A stretch of DNA of 62,426 bases, counting the filler. It is 22 parts of 22 records of this genome, joined end to end, with 100 filler letters (N's around TTAATTAATTAA, not from the genome) between each part and the next. Parts side by side here need not be neighbours in the genome. Positions count along the whole stretch, not along the records: positions 24,991 to 29,762 come from SRR16133337_69695; positions 29,863 to 31,906 come from SRR16133337_69980; positions 32,007 to 34,646 come from SRR16133337_70050; positions 34,747 to 37,840 come from SRR16133337_70084; 18 more parts are not named here. One strand, given 5' to 3'. Below, one piece after another: positions 25,168 to 37,940 of this stretch. Both the position numbers and the translations under genes were made by a program. Numbering within the stretch: position 1 is the stretch's first letter; every line of letters starts with the position of its first letter. Below the pieces are notes generated by a model. That model searched no databases. It was not told where the DNA came from and saw only the letters and a program-made list of their open reading frames with translations.

Positions 25168-27102
25168 ATGCAAAATTTACAAACCGACCTTATAGAACTA
25201 CTTAAAAACGAAGATAATTTAGTAGTAGAGAATCAATTGAATAAAAACAAAATAATAGAAGCGGCTTTAAAGGTAGCCCCTTTTTTAATTAATCTTTTAA
25301 TTAAGAATAAAACCTTTAAAAAACACTTCTTTCAAGAAGTAGAAAATGTCTTAGTGTTCGATAAAATTAAGTTTCAACGGTTTGTCAATAACAAGTCTTT
25401 TTTACCCGATAGCTATACAGCCTTTAAAAACAAGATAGGTTTAGCCATTAATGATGATACAACAGATAGCTTTATAAAAACTAAAAACGATGTGGTATTG
25501 GTGTGGCCTCATAAAGATTGTGTATTAGAAGGTGGGCAGACTAAAGAAAACCAAAAACGAAACGAAATATTTTGGAATGAAACCCTTGCACCAGATAATG
25601 TAGATCGGTTATTAGATGCTAAGGCTTTTACCAACTTTAAAAAGTACGATAAAGAAGGAGAGCATAAAGTAACCGACCTAAAAGGCGATGAAAACCTTAT
25701 CTTAAAAGGTAATAACTTATTGGTATTATCTTCTTTGCTAAAAACACATAGAGGTAAAATAAAGCTTATTTATATAGACCCTCCATATAATACAGGTAAT
25801 GATAGTTTTCAATATAATGACAGTTTTAACCATTCTACGTGGTTAACGTTTATGAAAAATCGTTTAGAGATTGCAAAACAACTTTTAAAAGAGGATGGTT
25901 TAATATTTGTACAATGTGATGATAATGAGCAAGGCTATTTAAAGGTTTTAATGGATGAAGTATTTAATCCTTTAAATTTTATTAGCACCATTGTTTCAAA
26001 AGCAGCACCAAATGCAAGAGATTATGGTCATATTGGAAAAATGCATGAGTATATTCAAATGTATGCTAAAAATTATGAAAATACAGTATCTTATCATCTA
26101 GAGGATAAATCAAAAAAGTTTACATATAAAGATGCTAAAAGTCCTTTTAATATTCATCCACTTTATAATAGTAATGTTAATTTTCATAAGGGAAATAGAC
26201 CAAACTTATACTATCCATTTTATTTAAACCCAAATAATAAAATTGAAGGTAATTTTTTAGAAATTTCTTTAATAAAACAAGATGGTTTTATTGAAGTCTT
26301 TCCGCCTACTTCAGTTAAAGATAATGTCCAATTTGTTTGGAGATGGGGTAAAGAGAAAAGTAAAACTAATTTAAAGATTGAAATTGTTGGTTATCAAACT
26401 AATACAGGGGAGTATAGAATAATTCAAAAAATGCGTACAACAGCAAAAGTTGCACGTTCAATTTGGGATGAAACAGAAATGTCAAACAGAAGGGCAACTG
26501 AAGATTTGCAAAAGTTATTTAATAAAAAAATCTTTGCTTATCCAAAAAGTGAATATTTATTAAAACGTATAATTCAAATAGCTACAAAAGAAAATGATAT
26601 AATATTAGATTATCATATTGGTAGCGGTACAACAGCAGCAGTAGCTCACAAAATGAATAGAAAATACATTGGCATTGAGCAAATGGATTATATCCAAAAT
26701 GTTACAGTGGAAAGATTAAAGAAAGTAATTGATGGCGAACAAGGAGGTATAAGTAAAGACGTCAATTGGCAAGGTGGTGGTTCTTTTATATACGCAGAAT
26801 TAATGGAGTATAACCAATACTTTATCAATAAAATACAAAAAGCTAAAACAAAAGAGGCAATAATTGCTATTTGGCAAGAAATGCAAGACAAAGCATTTAT
26901 ATCCTATCAATTTGATAAAGACATCTTTAACGAGCGTTTAGAAGCCTTTAAAACAACTTCTCTAGAAACCATGCAACACTATTTAATTGAGGTGTTGGAT
27001 AAAAACCAACTCTATGTAAACTTTAGTGAAATAGAAGACACCGCATTTACTATAAGTGAAGAAGACAAAGCCTTAAACTATTCATTTTATAATAAAAAAT
27101 AA
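25168..27102 (+). CDS. mod: Type III restriction-modification methyltransferase (Mod)
   Basis: 644 aa. IYIDPPYNTG catalytic motif precedes the LDYHIGSGTT SAM-binding motif (beta class). Directly upstream of res. Confidence 0.95.
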   Translation: MQNLQTDLIELLKNEDNLVVENQLNKNKIIEAALKVAPFLINLLIKNKTFKKHFFQEVENVLVFDKIKFQRFVNNKSFLPDSYTAFKNKIGLAINDDTTDSFIKTKNDVVLVWPHKDCVLEGGQTKENQKRNEIFWNETLAPDNVDRLLDAKAFTNFKKYDKEGEHKVTDLKGDENLILKGNNLLVLSSLLKTHRGKIKLIYIDPPYNTGNDSFQYNDSFNHSTWLTFMKNRLEIAKQLLKEDGLIFVQCDDNEQGYLKVLMDEVFNPLNFISTIVSKAAPNARDYGHIGKMHEYIQMYAKNYENTVSYHLEDKSKKFTYKDAKSPFNIHPLYNSNVNFHKGNRPNLYYPFYLNPNNKIEGNFLEISLIKQDGFIEVFPPTSVKDNVQFVWRWGKEKSKTNLKIEIVGYQTNTGEYRIIQKMRTTAKVARSIWDETEMSNRRATEDLQKLFNKKIFAYPKSEYLLKRIIQIATKENDIILDYHIGSGTTAAVAHKMNRKYIGIEQMDYIQNVTVERLKKVIDGEQGGISKDVNWQGGGSFIYAELMEYNQYFINKIQKAKTKEAIIAIWQEMQDKAFISYQFDKDIFNERLEAFKTTSLETMQHYLIEVLDKNQLYVNFSEIEDTAFTISEEDKALNYSFYNKK

Positions 27103-27110
27103 TAGTTGCT

Positions 27111-29732
27111 ATGAGTTTATTCAATCAAGATCCCATACAACGTTTAGACAAACGTATTGCCTCAAAAATAGAGGATGGCGATATTATTGTAGAGTTATCA
27201 CCAATCATTAAAAATAATTTAAAATTTACCCCCAGACCTTACCAAGAAGAAGCCTTTACAGCACTTAACTATTATCTAAACAATCCCCGTTTATTAAGAG
27301 CCAACCAACCAACACAAGTATTGTTTCATATGGCAACAGGTAGTGGTAAAACGTTGGTAATGGCAGGTGCTATGTTAGAGTTGTATAAAATGGGCTACCG
27401 CAATTTTATATTCTTTGTAAATACAGATACCATTATTCGTAAAACCAAAGAAAACTTCTTAAATCCTAATAGCTCTAAATATTTGTTTAAAGAACAAATC
27501 AATATAGACGGTGTAAACGTAAACATTACAGAAGTAGAAAGTTTTGAAAGCACCCATCCAGACGATATAAGCATTCTCTTTTCCACCATACAAGGCTTAC
27601 ATACAAAGTTAAATGCACCAAGAGAAAACAGCATCACTTTTGATGATTTTTTAGATAAAGAAATAGTATTGATTAGTGATGAAGCCCATCATATTAATAC
27701 CTTGACAAAAAAGAAATTAAGCAAAGGAGAAAAAGAAAATTCTACAAGTTGGGAACATACGGTTAAACGTATTTTAGAAAGTAACCCTGATAATAATATA
27801 ATGTTAGAGTTTACGGCTACGTTAGAACTCCATCATCCTAATATTGCTTCAAAATATGCCAATAAATTATTATACGATTATTCATTAGCTAAATTTAGAG
27901 AAGATGGCTATTCTAAAGAATTACAAACCAATCAAGTAGATTATCAACCTATACAAAGAGCGGTTGTTGCAGTACTTATAAGTCAGTTTAAAAAGAAGAT
28001 TTTTGCCTCTAAAGGAATTTTAGCAAAACCAGTAGTGATGTTTAAATCCAAAACAACTGCTGAAAGTGCTGAAATGGAAAAAGCATTTATTGATGAAATA
28101 CGAAATCTAAATGTTCAAAAATTAGAATTGCTGATCCAATTAGATAATGCCATTTTAGATAAAGCAGTAGACTATTTTAAAACCTTAAATATTTCTCCAC
28201 AAGGTTTAATTGATGAGATCAAAGAAGATTTTTCAGAAGATAAAATCATATCGGTTAATTCTAAAAACGATAGTGACGATAAACAAATAGTTATTAATAG
28301 TTTAGAAGACCATAACAACGAATACAGAGCCGTTTTTGCTGTAGATAAACTCAATGAAGGTTGGGATGTTTTAAACCTATATGATATCGTTAGATTATAT
28401 GATACGCGTGATGCAACAGGAAATAAACCCGGAAAAACAACCGTAGCAGAAGCACAATTAATAGGTAGAGGTGCAAGATATTATCCTTTTCAGTTAGAAG
28501 AATCACAAGAATTAGACAAACGTAAATACGATAATGATTTAGATAACATTATACGTCATTGCGAAACGTTACATTATCATTGCTCACACAATCCAAGATA
28601 TATTACAGAATTAAATAATGCCTTACGTCAAATAGGAATGTTTCCTGAAGAAAAGGTAGAAGTAGATTTAATTCTAAAAAAGGAATTTAAAGAAACATCA
28701 CTCTATAAAAACGGTTTTATATTCTTAAATAAAAAGGTAAAGAACAATCCTAAAACCTTATTAGAATATCAAGAACCTAAGATTATAAAAAAACATACCT
28801 ATACATTAAGAACAAATCGTTCTGCTTCTACAACTATTTTAGATAGCGCTTCAGTTAAGCAAAATAAAGTTCAAGCAAATTATACAAATAAGCACCTTTT
28901 TTCAGTTTGGGATAAAACCCTTATTCAAAAGGGATTAAATAAAATACCTTTTTATCATTTTAGTAATATTAGACGTTATTTCCCAAGTGTGAAGTCAATG
29001 GATGATTTTATTACAGAGGCTAAATATTTTGGAGGGATAATCGTTGAAGTAACAGGTTTACAAAAAGATACTAATAATTTATCGCCTCAACAGAAGTTAG
29101 AAATAGTTATGAATGTTGCGACTAAGGTGGCTGATGAAATAGCCACCAAGTTTGGCGATTATAGAGGTACAAAATCATTTTATCGTGAGCCTTTAAGAGC
29201 GTATTTCAAAAACAAAAAACTATCCTTTTCCGTGAACACAAATACAACAGCAGAAACAGGAAGACCAACAATGCGTAATGATATAGACCCAAAATATTTT
29301 GTGGATTTAGATAAAGCAGATTGGTATGCATATAATGAGAATTATGGTTCTTCAGAAGAAAAGTTTTTAGTGAAATATTTCCACGATAACATTGCTAATT
29401 TAAAAGAGAAATTTAAAAACATCTATCTGTTAAGAAATGAACGTTTCTTTAAACTATACAGGTTTAGTGATGCAAAAGCAATAGAACCAGACTTTGTGTT
29501 ATTTATGACAGATAAAAATTCTGATGAAGAAGTAATTTATCAATTATTTATAGAGCCAAAAGGAAACCATTTATTGGATAACGATAAATGGAAAGAACAA
29601 TTCCTTTCAGAAATTGAAAAAGAAGCTTTCATTGAATTATATCAAAACCAACAATACAAATTGATTGGGATGCCTTTCTATAACAAGGAAAATAGAGAAG
29701 ATGTCTTTACAGAAAAATTAAACGTTCTGTAA
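27111..29732 (+). CDS. res: Type III restriction endonuclease/helicase (Res)
   Basis: 873 aa. MATGSGKT, SDEAHH, NEGWDV, QLIGRGAR, and a C-terminal EPDF...IEPKG nuclease motif. Confidence 0.95.
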   Translation: MSLFNQDPIQRLDKRIASKIEDGDIIVELSPIIKNNLKFTPRPYQEEAFTALNYYLNNPRLLRANQPTQVLFHMATGSGKTLVMAGAMLELYKMGYRNFIFFVNTDTIIRKTKENFLNPNSSKYLFKEQINIDGVNVNITEVESFESTHPDDISILFSTIQGLHTKLNAPRENSITFDDFLDKEIVLISDEAHHINTLTKKKLSKGEKENSTSWEHTVKRILESNPDNNIMLEFTATLELHHPNIASKYANKLLYDYSLAKFREDGYSKELQTNQVDYQPIQRAVVAVLISQFKKKIFASKGILAKPVVMFKSKTTAESAEMEKAFIDEIRNLNVQKLELLIQLDNAILDKAVDYFKTLNISPQGLIDEIKEDFSEDKIISVNSKNDSDDKQIVINSLEDHNNEYRAVFAVDKLNEGWDVLNLYDIVRLYDTRDATGNKPGKTTVAEAQLIGRGARYYPFQLEESQELDKRKYDNDLDNIIRHCETLHYHCSHNPRYITELNNALRQIGMFPEEKVEVDLILKKEFKETSLYKNGFIFLNKKVKNNPKTLLEYQEPKIIKKHTYTLRTNRSASTTILDSASVKQNKVQANYTNKHLFSVWDKTLIQKGLNKIPFYHFSNIRRYFPSVKSMDDFITEAKYFGGIIVEVTGLQKDTNNLSPQQKLEIVMNVATKVADEIATKFGDYRGTKSFYREPLRAYFKNKKLSFSVNTNTTAETGRPTMRNDIDPKYFVDLDKADWYAYNENYGSSEEKFLVKYFHDNIANLKEKFKNIYLLRNERFFKLYRFSDAKAIEPDFVLFMTDKNSDEEVIYQLFIEPKGNHLLDNDKWKEQFLSEIEKEAFIELYQNQQYKLIGMPFYNKENREDVFTEKLNVL

Positions 29733-29762
29733 TATACTCCGTCCCCTTAGAAACCCGAAAAT
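29733..29762. repeat. TATA-ended palindromic element, left arm (copy B)
   Basis: TATACTCCGTCCCCTTAGAAACCCGAAAAT starts on the base after the res TAA and runs to the contig end. Confidence 0.88.
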
Positions 29763-29865
29763 NNNNNNNNNNNNNNNNNNNNNNNNNNNNNNNNNNNNNN
29801 NNNNNNTTAATTAATTAANNNNNNNNNNNNNNNNNNNNNNNNNNNNNNNNNNNNNNNNNNNNATA

Positions 29866-30520
29866 TTATTGACATACAATTTTCAATTTAAACATTCGAT
29901 TATATTTTTGTCTTATGAGTGCCAACGGAATCCTCGTCAATGGAAAAAACGTTCCGTATAGTACATAACGCGGTGCCCTCGAAATGTCCAAAAGTGCCTC
30001 ATCATCTATCGAAGAAATACTATACATGTACAAACACGCTGCTAGCACACCACCAACACAACAATCGAACAATATTGGCCAGGAAATTATATGAAATGTG
30101 AAATTTGTGCTGGCGAGCAGTAAAAAAATGGTTACAGGCAATATTGCCCCAAAATATATGCACACGTGGCACAAAAGTCTGCGGTACAAGTTGAATCCAG
30201 TATACAAAACATAGCAGTCTGTTGCGAATGTGCCCAGAGCGAATATAATAAAAAGTATAAATAGTGCTGATGTTTTTGGTTGTAGTTCCCAAGTTTGAAT
30301 AATTTTGAGTTTGTATTTTTGATTGCAGGTTGAACAAGTTGAATGATTTTCGTTGATGCGAGTTTGTAGCCAGTGTTCTAAGCAGCCGCGATGTACTAGC
30401 CCTAAAGATTTATAAAAAAACGAAACAATCAATTAAATTTCGCAATATGCGCGGTGCTTTTTACAATTCCATTTAAAAAAATCTTTATCGGGTTGGTGAA
30501 AACAAATTAGGCAATATCTT
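29866..30520 (-). CDS. RINGv (RING-CH)/MARCH-like membrane E3 ligase, eukaryotic, 5' structure uncertain
   Basis: VHRGCLEHWL...TCSTCNQKY is followed by several TM segments. A RYCLICF segment lies upstream near 30500 in a separate ORF. Confidence 0.65.
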
Positions 30521-32724
30521 GTACAGCACTCAACTGCTCGCTCATTTAGAAAATGTGAAGAATTAAGCTTCATAAAATGGAGTTAAAAAACGCATTGTTT
30601 TAGTTAGAGTGGTGGTGCATTTTCATGATTTCGGTACGTCGTTGATACAGTCTGTGGCCCCAAATATAAGCCAACAAACACGTAAACACATTGTTTTTCA
30701 ATTCACAACAAACCTATTTGAGTCGGGAATTGTTTTTCGTTCTTTTTCAATTATGGCAACTGAAATCCAACATAGATTTTGTCAAATTTGAATAGTTGTA
30801 TGTTCGATGACAAAAACAAAATCACAGGACGGAACTCAATCGGAATTTCTTGAAGAGTTGATTTTCAGTACACGAATTATTTCTTGTTCGGAGATCAGGG
30901 TGTTTTCCAAACCATACCGTGATTTTTTATTCATTCATTACTTGCCTGTTGTTCCTTTGCAGTCACATGGAGAGATCAAATTTTCGCTTTTTTCGCTGCT
31001 GTAACATATAAAACACTCTCTGCTGTCAACCATTTTTCAAAAAGAGTGCGTGACACGTGTTAGCGACGTACGAAACTTGCACGTGCGTGTTGTTTACTTT
31101 TCGGACTTTGTGAATCGTATACTGTATTTCATTAATCATAATTTCGGACTTTGGTGGTGGCGATATGTGTGGTGGAAAATGAATTGAAAAATTACTATGC
31201 AACCGTGCTTTATGTTGACATTGTGAATTATTTATTTTTCGTGTATTTTAGGCAGCGAACGCACCCGCAGATGGCTCAGCAATGGACGTTTCGGATGACG
31301 AAACCCAAGGTACCAATTCTTTTTGAAAATCGTATTGTTTTTTGACACTGAGAAGTTGTGATGAGTATTACCAAAATGCCCAACGTGTTTTCATAAAAAA
31401 TCAGTCAGACAATGCACTCAAACCAGATCAAAAACCCCGACAAACTAATGATGGTAATGCGTGCGTGTTGGTGGGAAGGGGAAACAGCATGGTGTTAGTG
31501 ACGAGCATGCTTCCTTGAACACAATGAAAGACTACAACACATCCATTTTTGTAAGCACAGCACCATTTTCGATTTCCGAAAAAACGGGTTCGTTTTTGTT
31601 TTTTGTTTTAAAAAAATCGAGGCTTCGTGAGAGCGGCTCGGAAGCTGGCTGTCAGACGAAGGAATGTCAAAGTGTTACCATTTTTGCTACACCATATGAA
31701 AATTTTCGTTTTGGGGGCGTGATATTTCCCATCGGCTTTTGCCTGTTCACTTTTGTGTTATTTATTAAATCAACAAATAGCAAATTTATTGGAAAATATA
31801 TCCAATTGGAGGAAAATATTGTGTAGACATTTTCAAACTTTTTCACAACAATATTCTTTAGTCCTAAAATCAGTCACTTAAAGTTTGAAAATGCGAAAAA
31901 TTGTGANNNNNNNNNNNNNNNNNNNNNNNNNNNNNNNNNNNNNNNNNNNNTTAATTAATTAANNNNNNNNNNNNNNNNNNNNNNNNNNNNNNNNNNNNNN
32001 NNNNNNTGGGTCATTAATTCTCTACGATACAGTAACCATTCCACAACCTCAACTTCTAAAATTGAAAATTTGGGGTTTTATACAACCAAAAAGCGTAAAG
32101 GAATTACGTGCTTCAAACATGCTTTAATGAAAAAACGTGAAAACATCAAGTTTTGACAGAAATAAGTTTATATCACGTTTTAAAACGGAAGTTTTTCTGG
32201 TACCTTTTTGGGATACACGATTGCTTTTTGTAGACAACCCATCCCTTTCTTTGTGGATTTTTTTTCTGCTTTAATGTATTGCTATGTCTTCTAAAAACTA
32301 CAATTCTCTTAATTTGCTGTGAATTTTGTGTGATTTTATTTCTTAGCATGTGACGACCCGGAATATTACTCATGTGATACGCGAGAATGCATTTCAAATT
32401 GTTATTTTTGTCTCTCTGACACTTCCAAGTGTGCACCGACTATAGACGAGGACGGTAAGTTAACCTTCATTCATTCAAAAATAGGAAGAAAAAAAAACAA
32501 ATTTCTAGGATTTGTGTTCTAGCATTTGTGATCGCAAAACTTTTTTTTTTGAACTAAAATTTAATGTGACATTAAATAAGAATTTATCAGGTACCCAAAC
32601 TTTGCCATATTTTTGACCTGTGTTTGTCGTGTTGAAATCATAGATACTTTGTCTAAATTATCATTTTATTTCATTATCTTTTTGATAAGACCCTGGAACC
32701 CGTGAAACCCGACCCTGATGCATA

Positions 32725-33073
32725 TTGTTTTTAGGCTGCTGGTTTTATCTGATTCATATAGATGGTGTTGGTAAATCTTATTTAATGTGGCCGATATTTA
32801 TTTTTTCGACGATTTATTCGTGTATATATGTCATAGTTATGCTCGGACATGCTGTTCGGAACAAAATGTATCTATTTGGAAACCATATTGCACACACGAT
32901 TTGTTTTTGCACTGCACTTGTGTTCGGAATCGTATTTGTAGTTCTATTCACACAAGTTTTGAGCTATTGTGATTGTCCAACTGAGAACGGGGCTAGCCAA
33001 ATCACAGACGTGTTCATAGCGATGTTTATATTAACAGTTTTGAATTGGATTTTGTATTTGGTTTCTGTTTTTG
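32725..33073 (+). CDS. Exon of a eukaryotic multi-pass membrane protein
   Basis: Three hydrophobic segments. The frame ends at a G|GTAAGT donor. No family recognised. Confidence 0.5.
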
Positions 33074-35151
33074 GTAAGTGATTTTTAATTTTTGTTTTCA
33101 AATTCTTTACAATGAACGCGTGTTTGTCTAGAGAATTTTGACGTAGTTTGTGGCAATTTAGTGCTTCTCGATTGGCTATGATAGTTTTAGATTACAACAC
33201 ATCGGGGCGTCGTAGTTATAAAAATTTCGCGTACCAAAACATGTCTAAACAAAAAAAAATTACATAAACACACAGATTTGCAGATTTGTGTAAAAACATC
33301 AAAACATACAGCGTCTAACGGTAAGATTCCTCACGCCGTAACAAAATTGTCATTGTTTTGAAAAAAAACTTGTGTAGTAAGTACTCTTATGGTTTTTTTT
33401 CAAAATACCACAACAACCCAAAATTCGTGTATTAGGCGGTGAGAGGGTGGGTGAGTGTGGGTGTGTGTTTTTTTCATTCCATTAGCCTCTGTATTAGGTT
33501 TTAATTGTGAATCAACGTGTTTTCCCAGTTTTATTTGATTTTTGCTTTAACAATCAGAACCAGGTAAAACTTTTTCAAACAAAATAAACGTACCGGTCTT
33601 CCAGCAAGAGTTCAATATTTTTAGCTTTAGAAGTTAACGGATTTTCAAAAAACAACATTTTTCTCTTTGTTTTTCAAAATGCTTTGCTGTAGTTCAAACC
33701 ATTGGTAGAAATTGTTTTTCGTTGTATAATAAAAATATCTTAGATCATTACACCAGGCACCAATTTTATTTGTTTATTTAGGGGCGTTGAACTGTTTTGG
33801 CCCTCCAAAACACTCTGTTTTACCAAATACAATCGACAATCACGATGCCTTAGAATTAAAAGAACAAACCGAAATAGGACACGAAACAAAAAATGGCGAT
33901 AATAACGTTCTTCAGGGTTCTAGAATTGTGCGAAACATTTTAATCACTCTTGCTGCGATTCTTCAATTGAGTTTGCTCATTGCAACAGGAGTGTCATTTT
34001 TCAACTATGAGAGACTGCATGACTACGCTGAATACGATGGATCAGTACATCCATGTGGCTAAAAATATTTTTTACTCAAAGCCTTTTGTGTTCGGGTAGT
34101 TTCTGACAAGCGTCGCAACTAAAATGAAACATCCATAGAAATAAAAAAAATTAGAATGCTTTAAAAAATATGTTTTCATAAATGCAATTTTTTCATGATT
34201 TATCATATTTTTCAAGCACATACTTTGTGATTTTATTTTGCACAATGCCTTTTCATGCACACCAAAATTTTTTTAAATGAAAACAACTCTCCCCGATCTT
34301 TTATTTCTCGGACATGTTTCATTTTTGTAAATTGATATGCATTTGATGAGAACACGTGGATATAGCTATTACTTTTGCTGGTAAGCAGTGTAGACACTTT
34401 AGTTAACACCTCTATGGTGGATGGGAAACGCCCAACGTACGTCGATTCGCCATGAACAAGCAATGTAATATAGCGTATTTTCCACTACTGAAAATCGATT
34501 GACACACTTTTGAAAATGGAAAGGAGGTCGAGAATAATATTTTGCGCCTAAAAAACACAGCCCTTACAGGTTTTTTTTACAAAATTCACTCTCAATTCGC
34601 GAATTTTTGTGTTTTCACCTAAAAATTTGGTGGAATAGACTTTGGANNNNNNNNNNNNNNNNNNNNNNNNNNNNNNNNNNNNNNNNNNNNTTAATTAATT
34701 AANNNNNNNNNNNNNNNNNNNNNNNNNNNNNNNNNNNNNNNNNNNNCATCCAAAATCTCGAAAACTCACATGTTTTTAAAACATTTTTTATTTTGGCTGT
34801 GTCCTCAAAAAGTTCAATGCTCCTTAAGAAGTGCAAGTTGAATTTTTTTCGAAAATTTTCCAACAGAACAAGACACTGTCTCGCCGCTGTCTAATTTTTA
34901 GATTCAAAGCTGGTCTTGTCAAAAAGTATGGTAGGAAATGCTGAAATGTTCAAAAATGTCGCGTCCCTTTGTACTTTTGTACTCATTCTCACCTCATAAC
35001 ATCACATATAATACAACTGCGGGTGTGCACAAACAGCACACGTCAAGGTGCACTCCGCGGTGTGCACACTTGCGTTGCTGTATAAATACAAGGTGACAGA
35101 TAAAGTCAACAAAACATCACAACTCTGATACAACAATTTTGATTTTAAAAG

Positions 35152-37562
35152 TTATTCAACAATAGTACCAATAGCAACATTTGGCAATAGCGCCATTCGT
35201 GCACCAGAAGGAACAAAGACTTGAATTTCATCGTGACCAACCTCCTGTTCAACATCAGGTAAAATTATGTTGCATCCATAGTATCTAAAATATGTCTTAT
35301 TCACAAATTTTGAAGCTTTCCATGCGCCAAAAGAAAATTGTGTAACGATCGTATCATCTCCAGAAGAAAGCATTTCAATTATTCTTGTCAATTGCTTTCT
35401 AGCGTTTAACAGATTTTTCTAAAAAAAATAGAAGAAAAAAAACAAAGAATTAAACCACATTCCACACACCCAAGTAAGCTTTGTTGAACACCAGAGTCAT
35501 TGAAACATTGGAAAATGATCCACGACAAGAGTGTACCGACCTGCTGAATTTTACCCAGTGCATGCCAAAGAAAATCAGTGATGAAAACCACAACCGTTCA
35601 ATTTTCCTCAAAAGCAAAACGCCCAAAATTGAACACGTAGATGTACTTCTCGCCGCGCACTGAGCAGCTCATAGGACTTTTTTAAGGATGGACGACGCCA
35701 ATTTTGAGGAAGTTGAACCCTTCCTGATGTCAATCCACCAAAGGAAAAAATTTATTGCATATTTTCAGTTGCTGTACCTTGTTTAATGTTCCTTTCACCT
35801 CACAAATATGAACTTCATCATCAACCATTAATATGGCATCAATGCCAAATTTTCCTCCAGTTCTTTTATTTTTGAGTGTTACCGAATGTGCATAAAAATC
35901 CGGCTCACGTCCTTGACTTCTTATCAGACCTGCAAGGCTACACATAACTTCCCGTTCTAAACCACGAGCGGCATTATTTATGTAGTTGTGGGCTAAACAA
36001 ACAAAACACAGATTGAAACAACTACCAGTTATGTTATGTCATGTTATGTGTGCAGTGAGTGCTGTGTGGCGTGTGTGGTGTGTAAGTATGTGTACGGATG
36101 TAGCGGGGCAAAAGTACCCCAAAATTTCAAGCACTGGTCGCAAAAGCATGCAAAAATATCAGAAATATTTGATTTAGGGTCCAAAAGTACCCCAAAAATT
36201 TGAACTAAGAGGAGCAAAAACACTCCTAAAATTTTCTTGACCATAAAGCTATGTTGTACAATAAAAAAAAGCCAGGCAGTTGGGCACCACCCATTAACGC
36301 AACACACACACAACACACACACATACTTTGGAAAAATTCATGTAAAACACCACTCGCAAAATTTATTGTGGGAATGTTGCAAACACCCCTCTGTATTTTC
36401 CAAACTGTTATGGATAGGTTTGACTCTCATTGCCGACAAATTTTACACCTAATATGCATACCTGGATCTGCGGATTTGTATACAACGACACATTCGGGGG
36501 TGTGCGTTAACGTGTAGAGATCGCGGTAATGTCGCAATGCTTTTTTGTGTTCGTTGAAAAAACGTCCATCGATTACAACGCCAATAACCCCGTTCGTGTC
36601 TTCCATGTACTTTTCAAGCTTTGATATACCGACATATGCGTCGAGTTTTCCATCAAACGCCACAATTTCTACATCATAAACAAAACATCAAAAATTACCA
36701 ATGTAAAACTTGTTTCTCTTCTGTGTCAGGTTTTGGAAACAAAAATAAAATACACGCGCCACCAGTAGACAATTTAATATATTTTTTACCTCCTCCCTCC
36801 ACACGCACTACCTCTGTGCAATGTGCACAAAATGTACACATTTTTCCTGGCCAAACCCAGTCCCTCCACCCTGTTCAATGTGTACAATATCTGTCATCAA
36901 ATTCCAGGACACGTGCATTGCAGCCATAATTCTGCACCAATATATTGCTAAAGTGTACGTCTCCCTCATGGACACCCTCACCAATCTCTCTTTGTCGTTC
37001 CTCTTCCTCTACACACTATCGCGCTCCTTCATGAAATGTGCGACTGTTTTGTTATGAACACACTCCCACCTCCCCCACCCACCTGTGCACATATACACAT
37101 TTTGTGCACATAAATAGACCCCACTCCCCTCTACATTTTGTATACCCGTCACGCATATTTTATTTTTTGTATTAGAAACAAAAATATTGAGTTTTAGTCG
37201 AAAAAGTTGCACAAACAGCATATTTTGTCCAATCTTTAAGCACAGGGGATATCATAATTTAATTCTTACCACCCCACATACGTGAACCCAGACTAAAATA
37301 CCATATCGAAGTGATCCTAAACAAAAATGTACAAACCACGTGCACATACCAGAAAGTTTTTCTTCTTCAAGACGTTTTGTCTTAACAAAATGCCTAATTT
37401 TTATCGAGTCAATCTTCGAATAACCAAGAGATCTGAGAGTTTTTCTTTTGAAAGCTAAAAGATCCTCGCCCGTGAGTGGTGATTTTGATAAAAATAAATT
37501 TTTCACGTGAAGTTGTTGTGTCATTGCTGCAAGGTCATCGTCTCTCCAAAGAGATATTTGTT
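35152..37562 (-). pseudogene. Spliced SAM-domain + PD-(D/E)xK nuclease gene (Crinkler/CR-like), probably degenerate
   Basis: Exon 37562-37350 is SAM-like (WRDDDL...LF...LTGEDLLAF...LRSLG...KI). Exon 36668-36462 is unassigned. Exon 35992-35778 reads GLEREV...IDAIL...HICEVKG. The downstream frame is broken, and the last segment ends VFVPSGARM...*. Confidence 0.55.
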
Positions 37563-37940
37563 CTACAAAATACATAAAGTTGTAAAATAATCAAAAACAC
37601 ACTCATTTGGAAACGAGAAAAAAGAAAAAGCAATGCATTAAAATACCAATTCCGTCATCGCCAAATTTTGAAAATAGAAACGCAACAACACTAAACTTCG
37701 CAAAGTTCGACTGAGCACAAACAAAACAAGTGTTGATTGTTTTGCCAAAAATTTTGGGTCTGAATGTTTTGTCAATATCACACTTATGGTGTTGAAAGTT
37801 GTAATAAGTATTTTTGGGGTATTACGTAGTCTTTGTGAAANNNNNNNNNNNNNNNNNNNNNNNNNNNNNNNNNNNNNNNNNNNNTTAATTAATTAANNNN
37901 NNNNNNNNNNNNNNNNNNNNNNNNNNNNNNNNNNNNNNNN

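Noticed and set aside
25168-27102. Phase-variable mod (phasevarion)
   Set aside because: No simple-sequence repeat tract is visible in or upstream of the gene.
18418-29762. XRE regulators as controllers of the type III R-M system
   Set aside because: They lie on different contigs separated by linkers and a eukaryotic contig, so linkage cannot be claimed.
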